Of a DNA stretch of 64,000 nt, positions 50,820 to 64,000 are shown piece by piece (within the stretch, counting starts at the first letter, position 1; each line of letters begins with the position of its first letter). Source of the stretch: Hamiltosporidium tvaerminnensis FI-OER-3-3 (Eukaryota > Fungi > Microsporidia); assembly GCA_022605425.2 (NCBI GenBank), contig CM061253.1, positions 496,001-560,000 of the forward strand, written 5' to 3'. The notes under the pieces were generated by a model. That model did not search any database. It was given only the letters and a program-made list of their open reading frames with translations, and was not told the origin of the DNA. Position numbers and translations under genes: made by a program.

Positions 50820-53800
50820 AACAAGTTTATAACTCAAATCATTTGTTTTAAAATTTTATTAATAATTGTGGTTACATAGTCTTACTGGGATATTATGCCG
50901 GATGTATTGTAATTTTATATATTCTTGGTAGATTAATATTCCAATAATTCTTGTAGAGCACAGGCTTCTAGTTTTTTTCAAGAATGTCTTATATTGATTA
51001 TTAAAGACCATAAATACAATCTATTCTGAAAAGTGTGTTCAATTTAGAAAAATATATATATTTAAAAACTTAACTAGAAAATTAGAGGTGTGTTTTAAAA
51101 TTTTATAGTTTTGATTGCCTTCGACTCTCAAATACATACTTGTGCCCAATTTATAAATAATAGGCAGTCATCAAGCCATAAAATCTTATTATATAATCTA
51201 AACAATATTAATTTCGAAACAACATAATCGAGGCTTTAAACATTTTATAAAAAATCAAAATTTATATAATTCAGTAAAATGTGCAACAACAGTCTTTTAA
51301 ACAATAATCCAAGTATGGAATTCTAAATATAAAGAAATATAAAAAATATTCTCATCCCAATCGCATTATTGATTCTAATAAAGTCAACATATTTGAAAGG
51401 AATCATTATTCGCTTGCCAATAATTTAAAAACAAAGGAATTCCATATAAAGTTTGTTTCTAGAAAATTATATTGGCTATAACACCAAAAAAAAATGAACT
51501 ATTTATTACGTTAAAGGCTCATAAAAATGCTTGCGTCTACCTTTCTTTGATCTCATTTAGCCAAAAAATATTGGTGAGGTAAGAAGGTGAAAAGGCGCAT
51601 TAAATAATTTAAACTAATGAGTGGGACAATTCAAGATGCAGTCGAAGTCAACATATTAGTGATATACTCCACATTGTAAAATACTTACAATTTGAAAGTA
51701 ACTTGAAATTCCACTTTTTATTGATATTATAAATGTAATATATTATATTTTGTAAATTATAATGCTATAATAAATATACTTTAGAAATTAGCTTATTTAA
51801 AAAAAATTCAAGTATATTTAAACGTGGTTTCTAATCGAAAAAACCAAACAAAACTTAACACGACAAAATCTCTATTTTAACCCAGAAAAATATAACTTTC
51901 GTTTACGAGCCTAGCTCATATTATTCCTATTTAAGCTAAAATCTTCATCAATCATGACACTTTTACATGCGAAAAGAAAAATATATCACATAATGCTTCT
52001 TTGATCTTATATTCGCGTCGATATCTATTCACGGTTAATTCGAATATTCTAGTAATTATGAAATATGCCATTAGTGAATGGGTAATTTGATAATTTTTTT
52101 AGAAACAAAAACAAGATGATATTATTTTAAACTAAATATGTATGATAAACACGTATATTAAAGAAAAAATATATACTTACTCAAAGAAATCAAGTAAAAA
52201 ATATTTAATCGTAATAGCAGCTTTCGCTTTGGTGAAATTTCAAGTGGCGTACGTTGTTTATTCAAAAGTCTTTCTTTTTCAGCTGCAAATCCAAATCTGG
52301 AGCCACGGAGACTATAGCGTTGGCCCGAGATTAGATGATATTCATGCAATTCTCTCTATCAGTCTCTGCATATGGAATTTCTTCGGACTCATAAACTTTT
52401 CATGATATATTGTCACTTCGTTCATCGCTTAATCGGATTTAAGTTTCGATGGTTTGTGTCAAATTAATAAAATTTGAGATCTGTTATTTTTAGAAAAAAG
52501 GCCACAGTCTTCCTTGCCTTGGGAGACTATTGTCTTCATCCGGAACACATGCACTTCCCTATCTTAGCAACAGAGTATTCTGATTAGAGATTTCCTTCCT
52601 TTTTTTCAGCTTGTTGTTTAGATTTTTTGCGGAGCACTCCACAATTTTTAAACTTGTATTGTTTTCTTTTTTTTTAAATTTGAATTTATAGGTAGGTAAC
52701 AGAACCATCATCCGCACATTTTTAGCCACAGAAACGCATATTTGGAATCTTGAAAACATTTATTTCCCTTGGATTGTTATGAAAACAAGCACCTGATTTG
52801 GATGACGAGGTTGGGTATTGAAAACAGCTATCAAATGAAGATGCTTGCTTTTCTTTATGTGGTGATGTTTTTATGTTGCTTGGTAATTTTGCAGTACGGA
52901 TTTTTTTTGACTGTAAATTATTTAAATCTTTGGTATTATTTCTAAGTTCTCTTGATTATTCATATTAGAAGGAAACTTCTGTTGGTAAAAAAATATTTAC
53001 CAAACTATAATTTTTTTAAAAACATGGCTTCATATGAAGATAATTTGCGTCACATGAATAGGTATTTTTATAGTCAGAGTAAAAGGGAAGCTTCTTGTCT
53101 ATTTTCCTCTGTTTGTGTCTTATTGCCAATAAGAAAAATAATTACTTGATTCTTATTTTCATCTTCCAATGGAAATCTGACTTCGAGTGTGATTAACTCC
53201 TGTTACACTATCTATAACTCGAGCAACATTTTAATAGTTAATCAGCAAGAATGAAGGCAAATTATCTACCTTGTCAATTTAAAAATTGTAGATGCGCTGA
53301 AATTGGTAAAAAAAATCCAAAATAACACAAGCTTCTTTCTTTGATTTTTAGAAGTCGAACCAAAGACATTATCAAATGATTTTTGTATACTAGTATGAAG
53401 GTATATTGATTATAAGGTTATGAATGTTTTTGGTTAAAGCTACTTGAAATTACGATTTCTTGTTTTTACTTAGTATCGGTTTTACTACTATACTTTTTCT
53501 ATTACACATATCAAATTTTTGCACGGCATACATAAATTTTTTTTTAGCAATTTTTCATGCAACACTTTCCCTTTTTATTTGGCTTTTTTCCGATAATCGT
53601 AGCATATGTGCTTAATCTTAATATGAGCATCATGAAAAATTTACCCCAATGTATACAAATTGAATCTGTATTTGTATTTCTCCTCTGCTAAGTTATCATA
53701 TTAGACTTGCATAAAACCCGATATTCCTGTGTTTTTTTGGTCAATAACTTGCTTTAAGACGCTTTAAGCTTTATATTAATTCCAAGCGTTGTTTTTTTTG

Positions 53801-55270
53801 CGAGGATTTGTACACTATGGTCTATAGATCGGCCTGTTGTATTCCGTAGTTTACCACAAGGATTCTCACACCAAAAACATATATTCGGTTTTTTATGTTA
53901 CTTTAGAACAACTAACACACAAGTAAGAAAAAACCGAAACAATCTGCAATTCAGTTAAGTGCAAAATGATACGAGGGACAATCCAGAACGATTGCTGATG
54001 GGTCTGCGAATCACACCAGATGCAGAATACCACGTTGCTATCAGTATATTAAACTGACCAAAAAAGTTGTGGCGATATTTATATTGACTTGGAGTGCAAT
54101 AAATTATTCTAGATTGTCGTAAAATTTCAAAATCGACACAGTTTGATACAGCATTATTTACAATGCTCGATTATTTAAATTGACCGAGGCAATTTAAAAA
54201 CTGCTGTATGTTGAGGGTATGAATTATGAGTGTCAATAAAGGTGTTGGTTTTTTATATTAAGCTATATTAAAGAAGGAGTTTATAGTAAGATTTATATAA
54301 AGTTTTAATATATAGCGTCGCAAGAAAAGCTGTCAATTAATAGTAGTACTTTAATGTGCATTAATATCAGCATGGTGAATTAAAGAAGGGTAATACAAGA
54401 GATGATGATTAAAAAAATATGATTTAAGAAGCAGTAGATTAAAACGTACTATTGTAATAAGCGAGTAGGCTAACAAGATGGAAGGGTGGATTATTGGTTG
54501 TAGTAGTATGCCTAAAGATGTTTATAGCAGAGAAAATAAAAAATAGGAGTTATTAGAAACTGTAGGTAAAAAAATATATTTTCAGGCACAAATATAAACG
54601 GTGAAGAGTTATTTATACTTAATCTTAAACATCTATTATTTTCTCGTTTTTAAAAGTAAATATACAAACCAGTTTTCACATGTGAATTTTGCTTCCCTTT
54701 TCATTCGGAAAAGCATTAATCTATTTACAACAAAAAAAAATACGAAGAAATATTACTAGTTTTAGAAAAGGCAGTTTATCAAGATCGTACATGAAAAGAA
54801 ATCCATTGCGAATGCCTCAAGACAACTTAAACAAAAGAAAAATGAAATTGGATATAAGATTTGAAGTAAATCGATTATTAATTGCTCGAAACATTCAAAT
54901 AGAACACAAAAAAGTATAATAAACATTAAGAGCCTGACGATTTGCACTGCTCGAACTCGTTCGGATGAACGAGGTTACCAAGAAGAACTAGACTAAAAAC
55001 AGATTGTATATGCAACATTACAATTATATGAAAAATGCACGGTGATTTAAATCTTTTAGGGTTTCATTAAGATTTTAATTATGATTATAGCTTAAAGGTG
55101 GTTACATCTTTAGATAATAGACAAATTATGAAGATCTCGAAATTTTAAATAAAAAACAGGATTTAAAATTAGAAAGTGCTCGCGTATAAAAAAAGACAAC
55201 CCACTAATATTATATTTAGCACCGTACTATTATCAAAGTTAGTAATACGTAAACTAATCCAGTCAAAACA

Positions 55271-55620
55271 TTACTGACAAACATGCAAGTAAATTCATCT
55301 TTCGGTGTGACAGAAACTATGAGTAAAAATCAATCTAAACTCTAGACGTACGAAAAAAAAATTATCATGCGCTAATCCTTCTTCTGCTGTCAGATTCAGC
55401 TTATAAATTTTAGAAATTCGTGTTAACGAACCAAATATAAACAATTTTATATAGTACCTAGATACAACACTAGCACTGCTTGATAAATTGTGGTGCGTTA
55501 CAAAATTTTTAAGATCTAACATTGACTTAGTTGTTGTATTAAGTATGGCATCAAGCGAATACAAGCCGATTCTTACTTTATTTGCATTAAAGTTGACAAA
55601 GCACAGTCCAGTCAAAACAA
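55271..55620 (-). mobile_element. Fragment of a LINE apurinic-like endonuclease (RTE-like)
   Basis: ORF peptide VNFNANKVRIGLYSL...LKNFVTHHNL resembles GDFNAKVG..IG..SL...NFA..HNL. Flanked by the direct repeat TCCAGTCAAAACA. Confidence 0.4.
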
Positions 55621-58600
55621 AAAAATACAATTTATTTACAATTAACAAGTGTAAATGATTAAAATGGATTATAAATAGCCTGCTGTTGTATTTGTTTTTT
55701 TTGTAGCAATAGTTATGCTCCGTAAGTCATCACCTCTGAGGCTCTTTAACGCATTGCAATATTCTTTTTATTCTTGATATTAGAATTTGAATATTATTTC
55801 AATATTAAAATCAAATATCAATAAACCAGTACGATATCAGCTCTAAAACAGGGCCATGATCCTCAATTCATATCGACTGAGGACGAATATTAATAAAAAT
55901 CAAGAAAAACAAATTATGATATGTCGGAAATGTTATCTCGATGAATTTTTTCTATTAATGTCAGCGTTTCAATTATATGATCACTTTTTATTTTATTAAA
56001 TCAAGCCAAACTCTGTTTAAGTACAAATTTATTAAAACAAGGTTCTAACAATAAAAATCCTAACCAATCGAAAAACGGTTGTAATGCCGGCTAAATAAAC
56101 AAGAAGCCCCATGGAATTCATGAATACGCCCAAGATAAATGACTAATGTTTGTGCTTAAGTGTGTGCAAAGTTTTTCATAACATTCACTATGAGCCTATC
56201 ATAATGAACCCCTAGAAGTTCGATTGTCTGACATTGTCTTTAAATTGCATGACTTTGTCGCACACGTATTTAAACAAAAAAGTGAATTTTAAGTTGAATT
56301 TGGTTCAAATTTCATGTTTTTGCAAGAAAGAGATTGAAAGTATTCCATCGAGTAATAGAAAGAAAAGACTATTGCTCGAATTATATACTTTTATTGGATT
56401 GATTGATAAAATCATCCCGTTCAAATTGATGAGACCATCCAGGAGAAATTTTTAACTGCTGAATTGGTCTGCGTTACTTAAAATATCTAAAAATGATTTA
56501 AAATATATCCAGGGCAATCAACAATGATTTTTCGTGGATGAATGATTTAAAATAAACGATGCGCCCTATTCAAATGACCCATTCTTTAAAGTTCAATAGA
56601 AAATAGCAGGTTTTTTCCCCCCTATAATATTACGAAGAAAAAAATCATCCTTATAGAGTTCTCAAAATGGCTTAAGCCAATTACTGGTGGATTATTTCAT
56701 TTTTCCTACTACACTAAAAAGCTTTATAAGCCCATATGAAAGTTAAATATTGCGATCAGTTAAATAATTTACAATATTCTTACATATAGCTCACAAGAGT
56801 GAAAATGTTATTTATGAGTTAAAATACAACTGCAAAAATCTATGAAATCGAAAAAAAAAACATTTAGATTGTCATTTTTATTCTATGAGTCTTTGGAATA
56901 TTTTTTTATTTTAAATTCATGAACGCAAAAAAAACTCAATTTTTACTTGGCAGTGATTCTTGAAAATAAATAATTTGTGTTTTGACTTACAAAACCAGCT
57001 CGAAATCTATATTTTGACAGTGCCAACAAGCCCAGCACGTTCTCTGATTCTACAATCTTAATTTAATAGGATAGATTCCACTATACTTAGAATCCCAAAT
57101 AGTACAGATGGAAATCAGAACCGGAAATATTTTCACGTGAGTAACAGAGCAGCATGATGCAAGGAATATTTAAACAATACAACTCTGACTCAGTAGGCTT
57201 TCTATATACAGTTCATCTAAAAAATAATTCGGTTTTAATTTAAAATTGCTATTATTAACCCATATAAACTAAATTATTTTAAAAAACTTCGCAAACTAAA
57301 ATTGAAATACTGCGGCCTATCAAGCTGAAATCTTAAAAATTAATTTTTCTTTAATTCGATTCCTACCGAAATAAGGCGCCTTCTTTTGTATAGAAAACTG
57401 CATACTTCAGCAAATATACACGCTATTTTTAATAAAATTGACAATATTTTCACCATATAATCACAATGATATTCTAAAAGAAACAAGATCAAGAGAATAT
57501 TGACATACTATTTCGATTGAGCATCGTAGGTGAATATTTCCCTATACCAAAAGTATCCAATCAAATCTCGCCTTTGCTAAAAGATGTTTTTTGGGAAAAG
57601 TTAACAAAATATACTGATGAACAGGTGGGTTTGTGCTGAATCAAACAAAATTTATGCTTATGATTGTTATTTTTTAACAGGAAAAGGGCTTAAATATGGA
57701 TGCATTATTGACATTTATTGAAAAGAATCTCCCAAAATGAATTACAGAATAATGCATTTTATATGAAACAATTCAGCAAAAAATTTACAACAAGCAGCTA
57801 ATTAAATTAATAGGTCCCACAGATATATATGAAAAACTTTATTATGAGAATTTTTTTGGCAAATATACGATCATCGTATAGAATCGCATAGAAAATGCAA
57901 CATCTGAAATTTCGAATATACATTTTTATGGTTGCCGAACAACACATTTAGGCATGAACTTGCATCGCATTCACGAAAAGAAGAGAGAATAGCATGCAAA
58001 AACACCATAGACGTCGAATAATCAAATTTATCTAAACATTATACATATTATATGAAAGAAATTGTAGATGACAGACAAAATAGTATGCAACGGCTTGATC
58101 ATATTCTGCAAGATCTAAGAGAAAATTTTAAAAAGTATGGTGAAGCACTAATTCGGTTGTTCTCTTTTGTCTAAACCTAGCGGTTATTTTACGTTCTACG
58201 GCAGATGATGACTTAATGCATGTCTCAAATTATCAGTTATGCCGAAATGTAAAGAAATTCATTTCGAAACCCAATATGTGTGATCACTCCAGAATGATGC
58301 ATCCGAAATCATTCGCAAAACAATTGCTTGCCATATAGAGTTGGGAAGATTAGTTTCGGCAAATGATACAATGTATAATTTTCAATAAATTTTTAAATAG
58401 ACATTAACTAGATTCCACTTGATTAGAAACAATTTTCGAAATATCCCGTAAATTATCAAAATAATCGGCCGCTTTTGCAAGGGCATTTTCGTAACCTCTC
58501 TTGCGGCACCCAGATAAAAGACATCTTTGATAGAGGCAGGCTCTATCATTTGAATAAAAGGGTTAGTTAACCCGTTTAACTAAAGTTTTAGTTTGATCAA

Positions 58601-60228
58601 CGAGAGATTTATTTAAATTGTTATTTAAGCTTTTCTTTTTTCTTTCTTCCACTATTGGGGTTTTAATAAAAGGTAAATTTATATTTTACAAGGGAATTCA
58701 ATAACCTATAATCATGTAGTTGAATACTACAGGCATATTGGCTACTAGCGAAAATTTTATAAGTTTTATCAATTTTGAAGTTAAAAATATAATACTAGAG
58801 AAGCGAGAACATATAAGTTCATAGTATAGTGCTAAACAATGCAGAAGAAGAATTGCCCGAAAAATCTTATCACTTACCGAATTTTACAGGCATTCCACCG
58901 TACATGTCAATTTTTAAATTGCAATGCGTATCATTCTTCTGCAAAATACCGATCCACAACAACTTTGTAACGAAACGAAACTTTCGGTTAAAAAACGTAT
59001 GAGAATGTCATCGAAGCCACCGTATTTAACTGAAAAATTGAAATGAGGGGCATTATTTTTATTATGAATTCCAAAGGTTCTAAAAATATTCTATTTAAAT
59101 ATAAACGTTTACTATTTAGTGTTCGACTCGTTTTTATAATGCTATAAACAAAGAACAAGAAAAACCCAGCAAACAAGTAGAATAGCTATACAGAATCCGT
59201 GCTCTTGTTGGAGCAACTTCATGGCTAGTTCATGCACGGTAAAATTCTCGTTTATAAATATAAATATCAGACGAAAAAAATAAAAATATTGTGTATATTA
59301 ATGCCCTCGAATAAATTTATAGCGTAAAACAGTATTAAAATATAAATTCAAAGTATTTTTTTACCTTTGGATGCTTTGTAGTTCCTCTATTAAAATATAT
59401 CAACAATCATTAGAGGTTAAGATAATTTTAAATTTTAATTACATTTTGTCAAAGAAGTACATGTTATAAACATTGAACGTTGAATATTTATATTTAAATG
59501 AATAGAATCTTGCATATTAGCTAGTAACCTAAATCTCATTTATAAAATAATTAGACATCAAATCTTGAGCCACTCAAAATTAATAATTTTATTGCAATAT
59601 AATTAAACTTATATATTTAATATATATGAAGCTGTTATTTAGATTTTATTAAGCTTATTTGAAAGGGAAAAGGATATGTTAAATTAAAGTAATTAATTAC
59701 CGGGATATTATATTTAATTATGTTACTAATTATATTAAAGATTTTATCCAATTAAATTCAGCCATAATATATTTTATATCTTGTACTGAAGTAAAATTTA
59801 ACTTGCAATTGTAACAGAAATATTTTAATATAAAATTTCGAATCTTCTTAAAATATTTGAATATATTAGTTGTTATAAGCTAAAAAGACAAGTTTCTTTT
59901 TATATTCCTGTTTGTGATTTTTAAAGTAAAGAATATGATTGTTTATGCCTAATAAAAAGATATTTATATTGCAATATAAGACAGAAATATCAATTTACTT
60001 TAACAAAAATGATATTTTAATATAAATTTAAATTCCTTTAAATCAATAATAATAATATAACAGTAAAGACAAAGCAGTTTGAGATTTGAATAAAAAATTC
60101 GGTTAATAATTTTATTATTATTCCCAAAAGTTTATATTATTAAGTACCCGTTATATTTAATTATAGAATTTAGATTAATAGTTTTAATTACGATTTATAA
60201 CTATAAATAGACGGAGAAATAGATAGCT

Positions 60229-63200
60229 ATGAAAAATATTTTGATTTATTTTTGTTTACATTTGCACGTTTTAATATTTCATTCCCACTATATTTATTGT
60301 GAAAAAGTTTCTAAATCCAAAGGCCACGAAATATCTTCGGGTAGAAAGCATGAAATAAACCAACCAAATAAGATTCAAAATTCTACGTTAAAAAATAAAG
60401 ATCTTGAAATAAAAAGATTTAACGTACAGAATATGTTTGAAAAAGGTTTTCCAATGAATGATATTTTAATTGAAGAAAAAATACCGAATAATAAAAAAAT
60501 GACACATATAACCAGCAATCAAACAAGTTTAAAAAATAAATACTCGGATTCGAGAAATAATCAGAATATTGATAAACAGCTGAAGTTGATCGATGAATTA
60601 AATATTTCTTCAAAATACTACGATCCTTTAAAATCCAAACCTTAAATTTTAAACCCAACAGTTTGCAATATACAAGTACAATTCCGAAAATACTTTCAAA
60701 AAAAAGCTTCCCGAATTTACCATAACACCGAATTTAAATCAAATTATTGATTCTAAATGCAATAAAATGGAAGAAAATATTTTTAAATTGGCAAATACAG
60801 ACAAAAATTCAAATTTTCGGCTTCAATTTGGTGGATATTTTCCTCTTGAAACTAAAATTAATTTACCATCAGAAAATTCTTTATCTGCATCTTATCGTCC
60901 TTATCGTGAAAAAGTCTCCGATAATGTTTTAAACCAAAATCCCAAACTGCATCAAAAAAGAAGCAATGTAACTGCTAAAGATACCAAAACAAATAAAGAC
61001 TCGAAATCAAACAACGAAACAATAAAAACGTCTATAGAGCCAAATGATAAAACCTTCGAAGACACTAGATTAAATTCATATAAGCCCAAAATAAGTAATA
61101 GAGAACCTATTCAACAAATATTAGAACCGATATCGGAGGATTCAAAAACTCGCGGAGATGAAAAAAAATATCCAATAAAAAATTTTTCAGAATCTTTGAA
61201 AAATGAAATAATACATGAAAATAATAATGAAAAATGACTTATTAATTACATTTCCTATACATTCAAATGATAAAGATATTTCAAATAACACACATAATAC
61301 ACAGCTTATCTTATCTGGTAATGTTCAAAATGAAATAGTAATCCCGAATTATAATAAACCACCCAATGATATAATTACTGAAGAAATAAAAGCAGAAGAT
61401 CAAAAAATACCTATCATACAAGTCGAAAACCCGAACTCTTTTTTTACCAACAATTTTACCCAAAACGAAAATATAACTAAACAAGAAATATCTTTAAAAC
61501 CAAGTGTAACAGAAATTTTTAATGAACATGGCGAAACTACAATAGACTCAAAAATAGAATATATAGATAAACGCACTGGTATGACTATTTATCATCTCAT
61601 TGATAGTAAAATAAAGTTAAAAGACATCAATGAGTCTAAAGGAATAGTAGATAGTGTGCATGCACAACATATTTCCGAAGATAGCAATGAAAAAGAAAAA
61701 GGTGAACCGACTGTCTTTAAACTAGATGATAACTGTTTGCATTCAATTGATAGGAAACAATAAAAAAACCTTCAAAATTTACATGAGATTCAGCCTTCGA
61801 TCGCAGAAAATAAAAATGAAATCTTAAACAAGTACTTTAATTGGTATAAAAAGAATGTAAATGAAGATACGCAATATAATGATATATTATATGTTTTGCA
61901 CGATTCTACACAGAATGAAGCTTTAATGAATCATAATATCGATATAAATACTATCGTAGACCAAAATGGGAATCCGATTCCAGATGCAAAAAGTAAACGC
62001 GAAATATTAGTAAACTTCTTGCTGTATTATAAATCTTTTGTAAATCCAAATGGACAGGATCGTGACTTAATGTATTTTTTACAGACTTTAATAATATAGG
62101 ACACCCTCATGCGAAGAAAAGACATGATATAATCAAAAAAACATATGCTATTTCGGATATAAATAAAAATTTTAAAGAAGATGTAAACCAAAATATTCAA
62201 AAGCCAATAAATTACTCTGATTTAGATAGTGCAGAAACGCATTCAAATGAAAAATATGATAAATTTGTGCAAATCTTCCAAAATCAAGAAAATCCCAAAA
62301 CATTAAACTCTTTAAATAACAATAATTTTGGTATAAATAGAGACTATTTTCCCAGTCTTAACATAATTCCGAGTTCCCAAAAATATACTGAGAATGAAAA
62401 TCATGATATTTTTCCGCCACAGTACTTTTCAAATACCTATCCTGGTGCTACGGAAGATAAGATAGATTTTTATCCAAATACTACTGAAAGTAATATGACA
62501 AAATCAAAATATCCAGACAATAAAAGTTATATGCCCGGGGTTCATTCAAACATCTACAGATTTTCAAACACGGATGATAAAATAGACGATTCTGGTATTC
62601 CGTATGTATTTGATCGAAATAATCTTGAAGTGAATGTTATGTTTAGAGAAGAAGGAGCCGATAGTCATTCGAATATAGGTTCTGAATACAAAAATCCAAA
62701 TGTTTCTTATACAAATTATTTCAATATTTTGAGCGGTCTTGACTCAAATACAACCAAAAATACAAGTTCGAAACAAAATGCTAGAAATATGGAAATGTTG
62801 ATACCAAAGGATCTTAATAATTTTTAAGAGAACATGCACTATGGAGAAAATACAGATAAAGCCATAAAAAAATTTGATATAGCTCATCAAAAAACACATT
62901 TAGGTACACCAAATATGAGCGAATCAGAATATTTTACATATGGTAATCCAAATTATGGCGTAATAAAAGAACAAGGAGAAAATAATGATGCAGGAATAGT
63001 GGGTAATATTGAATCTGGCAACACACTGAATAGAAATCCTTATTATAATTCTTTATACCATGATATCAATTCTAATACAACCAAAGATAGTGAATCTACA
63101 AACCTATCAAACAATGCTATATTTCCAGTTCAAAATCCTAGCACGGATTCCAGAAATTTTCTACAGCAAAAAATGAAGTCCGTGCATAAGAAAAGCAAAT

Positions 63201-63530
63201 GAATTTAATAACGCAAAAAAACCAGGAATTAAATATGGAACAAATGAAACCGAAAGCCTAAACACTTTTAAAGGAAACGGAAGATACGATGAAAATAATA
63301 TATCCAAAGCAACTGATTATATGCCGTGGGATAGCCCCAGCTTAAATATATTAGAACAAAAAACCGAAGGAATAAATGCAAAAGATATAACCGTAAACAA
63401 TATTAATGATACTATTCGAATGCCTGGTTACAAAGGAAAATATGACAGGGGAACGAACGAAAAAAAAATTCTATGAATAACCAACAAGAATCTTATCTCT
63501 ACGGATGGTCGTTACTTAAATGTCGGTTAA
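60229..63530 (+). pseudogene. Large Asn/Lys/Ser-rich putative secreted protein gene, broken into at least 7 ORFs
   Basis: Hydrophobic N terminus MKNILIYFCLHLHVLIF. Consecutive same-strand ORFs 60229, 60767, 61215, 61896, 62267 and 62834 have uniform composition. Confidence 0.65.
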
Positions 63531-64000
63531 TTTCAGATTCAGATCTAGAGACGATACAAAACCATAAAAAAAGGCGTTTATATCACCTTTGGAATAACAA
63601 TTCTGACTTAATTGCTTAAAATTGTTTTACTAGCAATAAATACAGTTTACATTAAATGGCCTCAATCTAACACTATTGATTAAATAATATTTGTAATTAT
63701 TATAAAAATGCTTTAATATATTTTTTAAAAATTACCAAATTCGGTAATTAATAATAATCCTTTTTAATTACTATTTTATGTTTGTCTTTTCCTTATTCAT
63801 TTCTAACTTTTAATACTTTTCAAATCGTATAAAAAATAAGTAGCGCTAGACAAAAAAATGTGTACTTGAAAGCCTTTGATAAGTGCATAGTTTGAATTAT
63901 AGTAGAAAGATAATCTAAAAATAATTTTAGAAAGTCGCTTTAAAATTTGCGTTTTGTTTTCTGTAAAAGCATTGATTCATCGAACTCTATATATTGATCT

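Noticed and set aside
52200-54100. GC-richer decayed coding-like region, possibly LINE-derived
   Set aside because: No diagnostic motif could be reconstructed with confidence.
56050-58600. Decayed coding-like region, possibly a MULE-type transposase
   Set aside because: No catalytic motif or element ends could be established.

Overview
Very AT-rich, gene-sparse eukaryotic DNA. It is most likely a large-genome, TE-rich microsporidian; this is inferred from compact intronless core genes, each with a CCC motif just upstream of the ATG, a shortened eRF1 and the TE mix. Six intact housekeeping genes are recognisable: proteasome beta-3, APC10, V-ATPase E, Arp5, DRG1/Rbg1 and eRF1. Between them are decayed lineage-specific genes (secreted or LRR-like) and many transposable elements whose ends can be read from the sequence: a DD39D mariner, an IR/DR Tc1, a Merlin, a Ginger-type integrase element, remnants of RLE-type and RTE LINEs, and a ~230-bp RTE-derived non-autonomous retroposon with TSDs. 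The most striking unexplained feature is a ~720-bp non-coding, relatively GC-rich dispersed element. It has 7 near-full-length copies plus a fragment (~8% of the window), a fixed 5' end and an AATAAA-type 3' end. It can form nested long-range helices and a pseudoknot, with key pairings retained in two sequence subfamilies, so it is a candidate large structured mobile RNA. All calls come from manual reading; no searches or folding programs were run, and boundaries of degenerate features are approximate.
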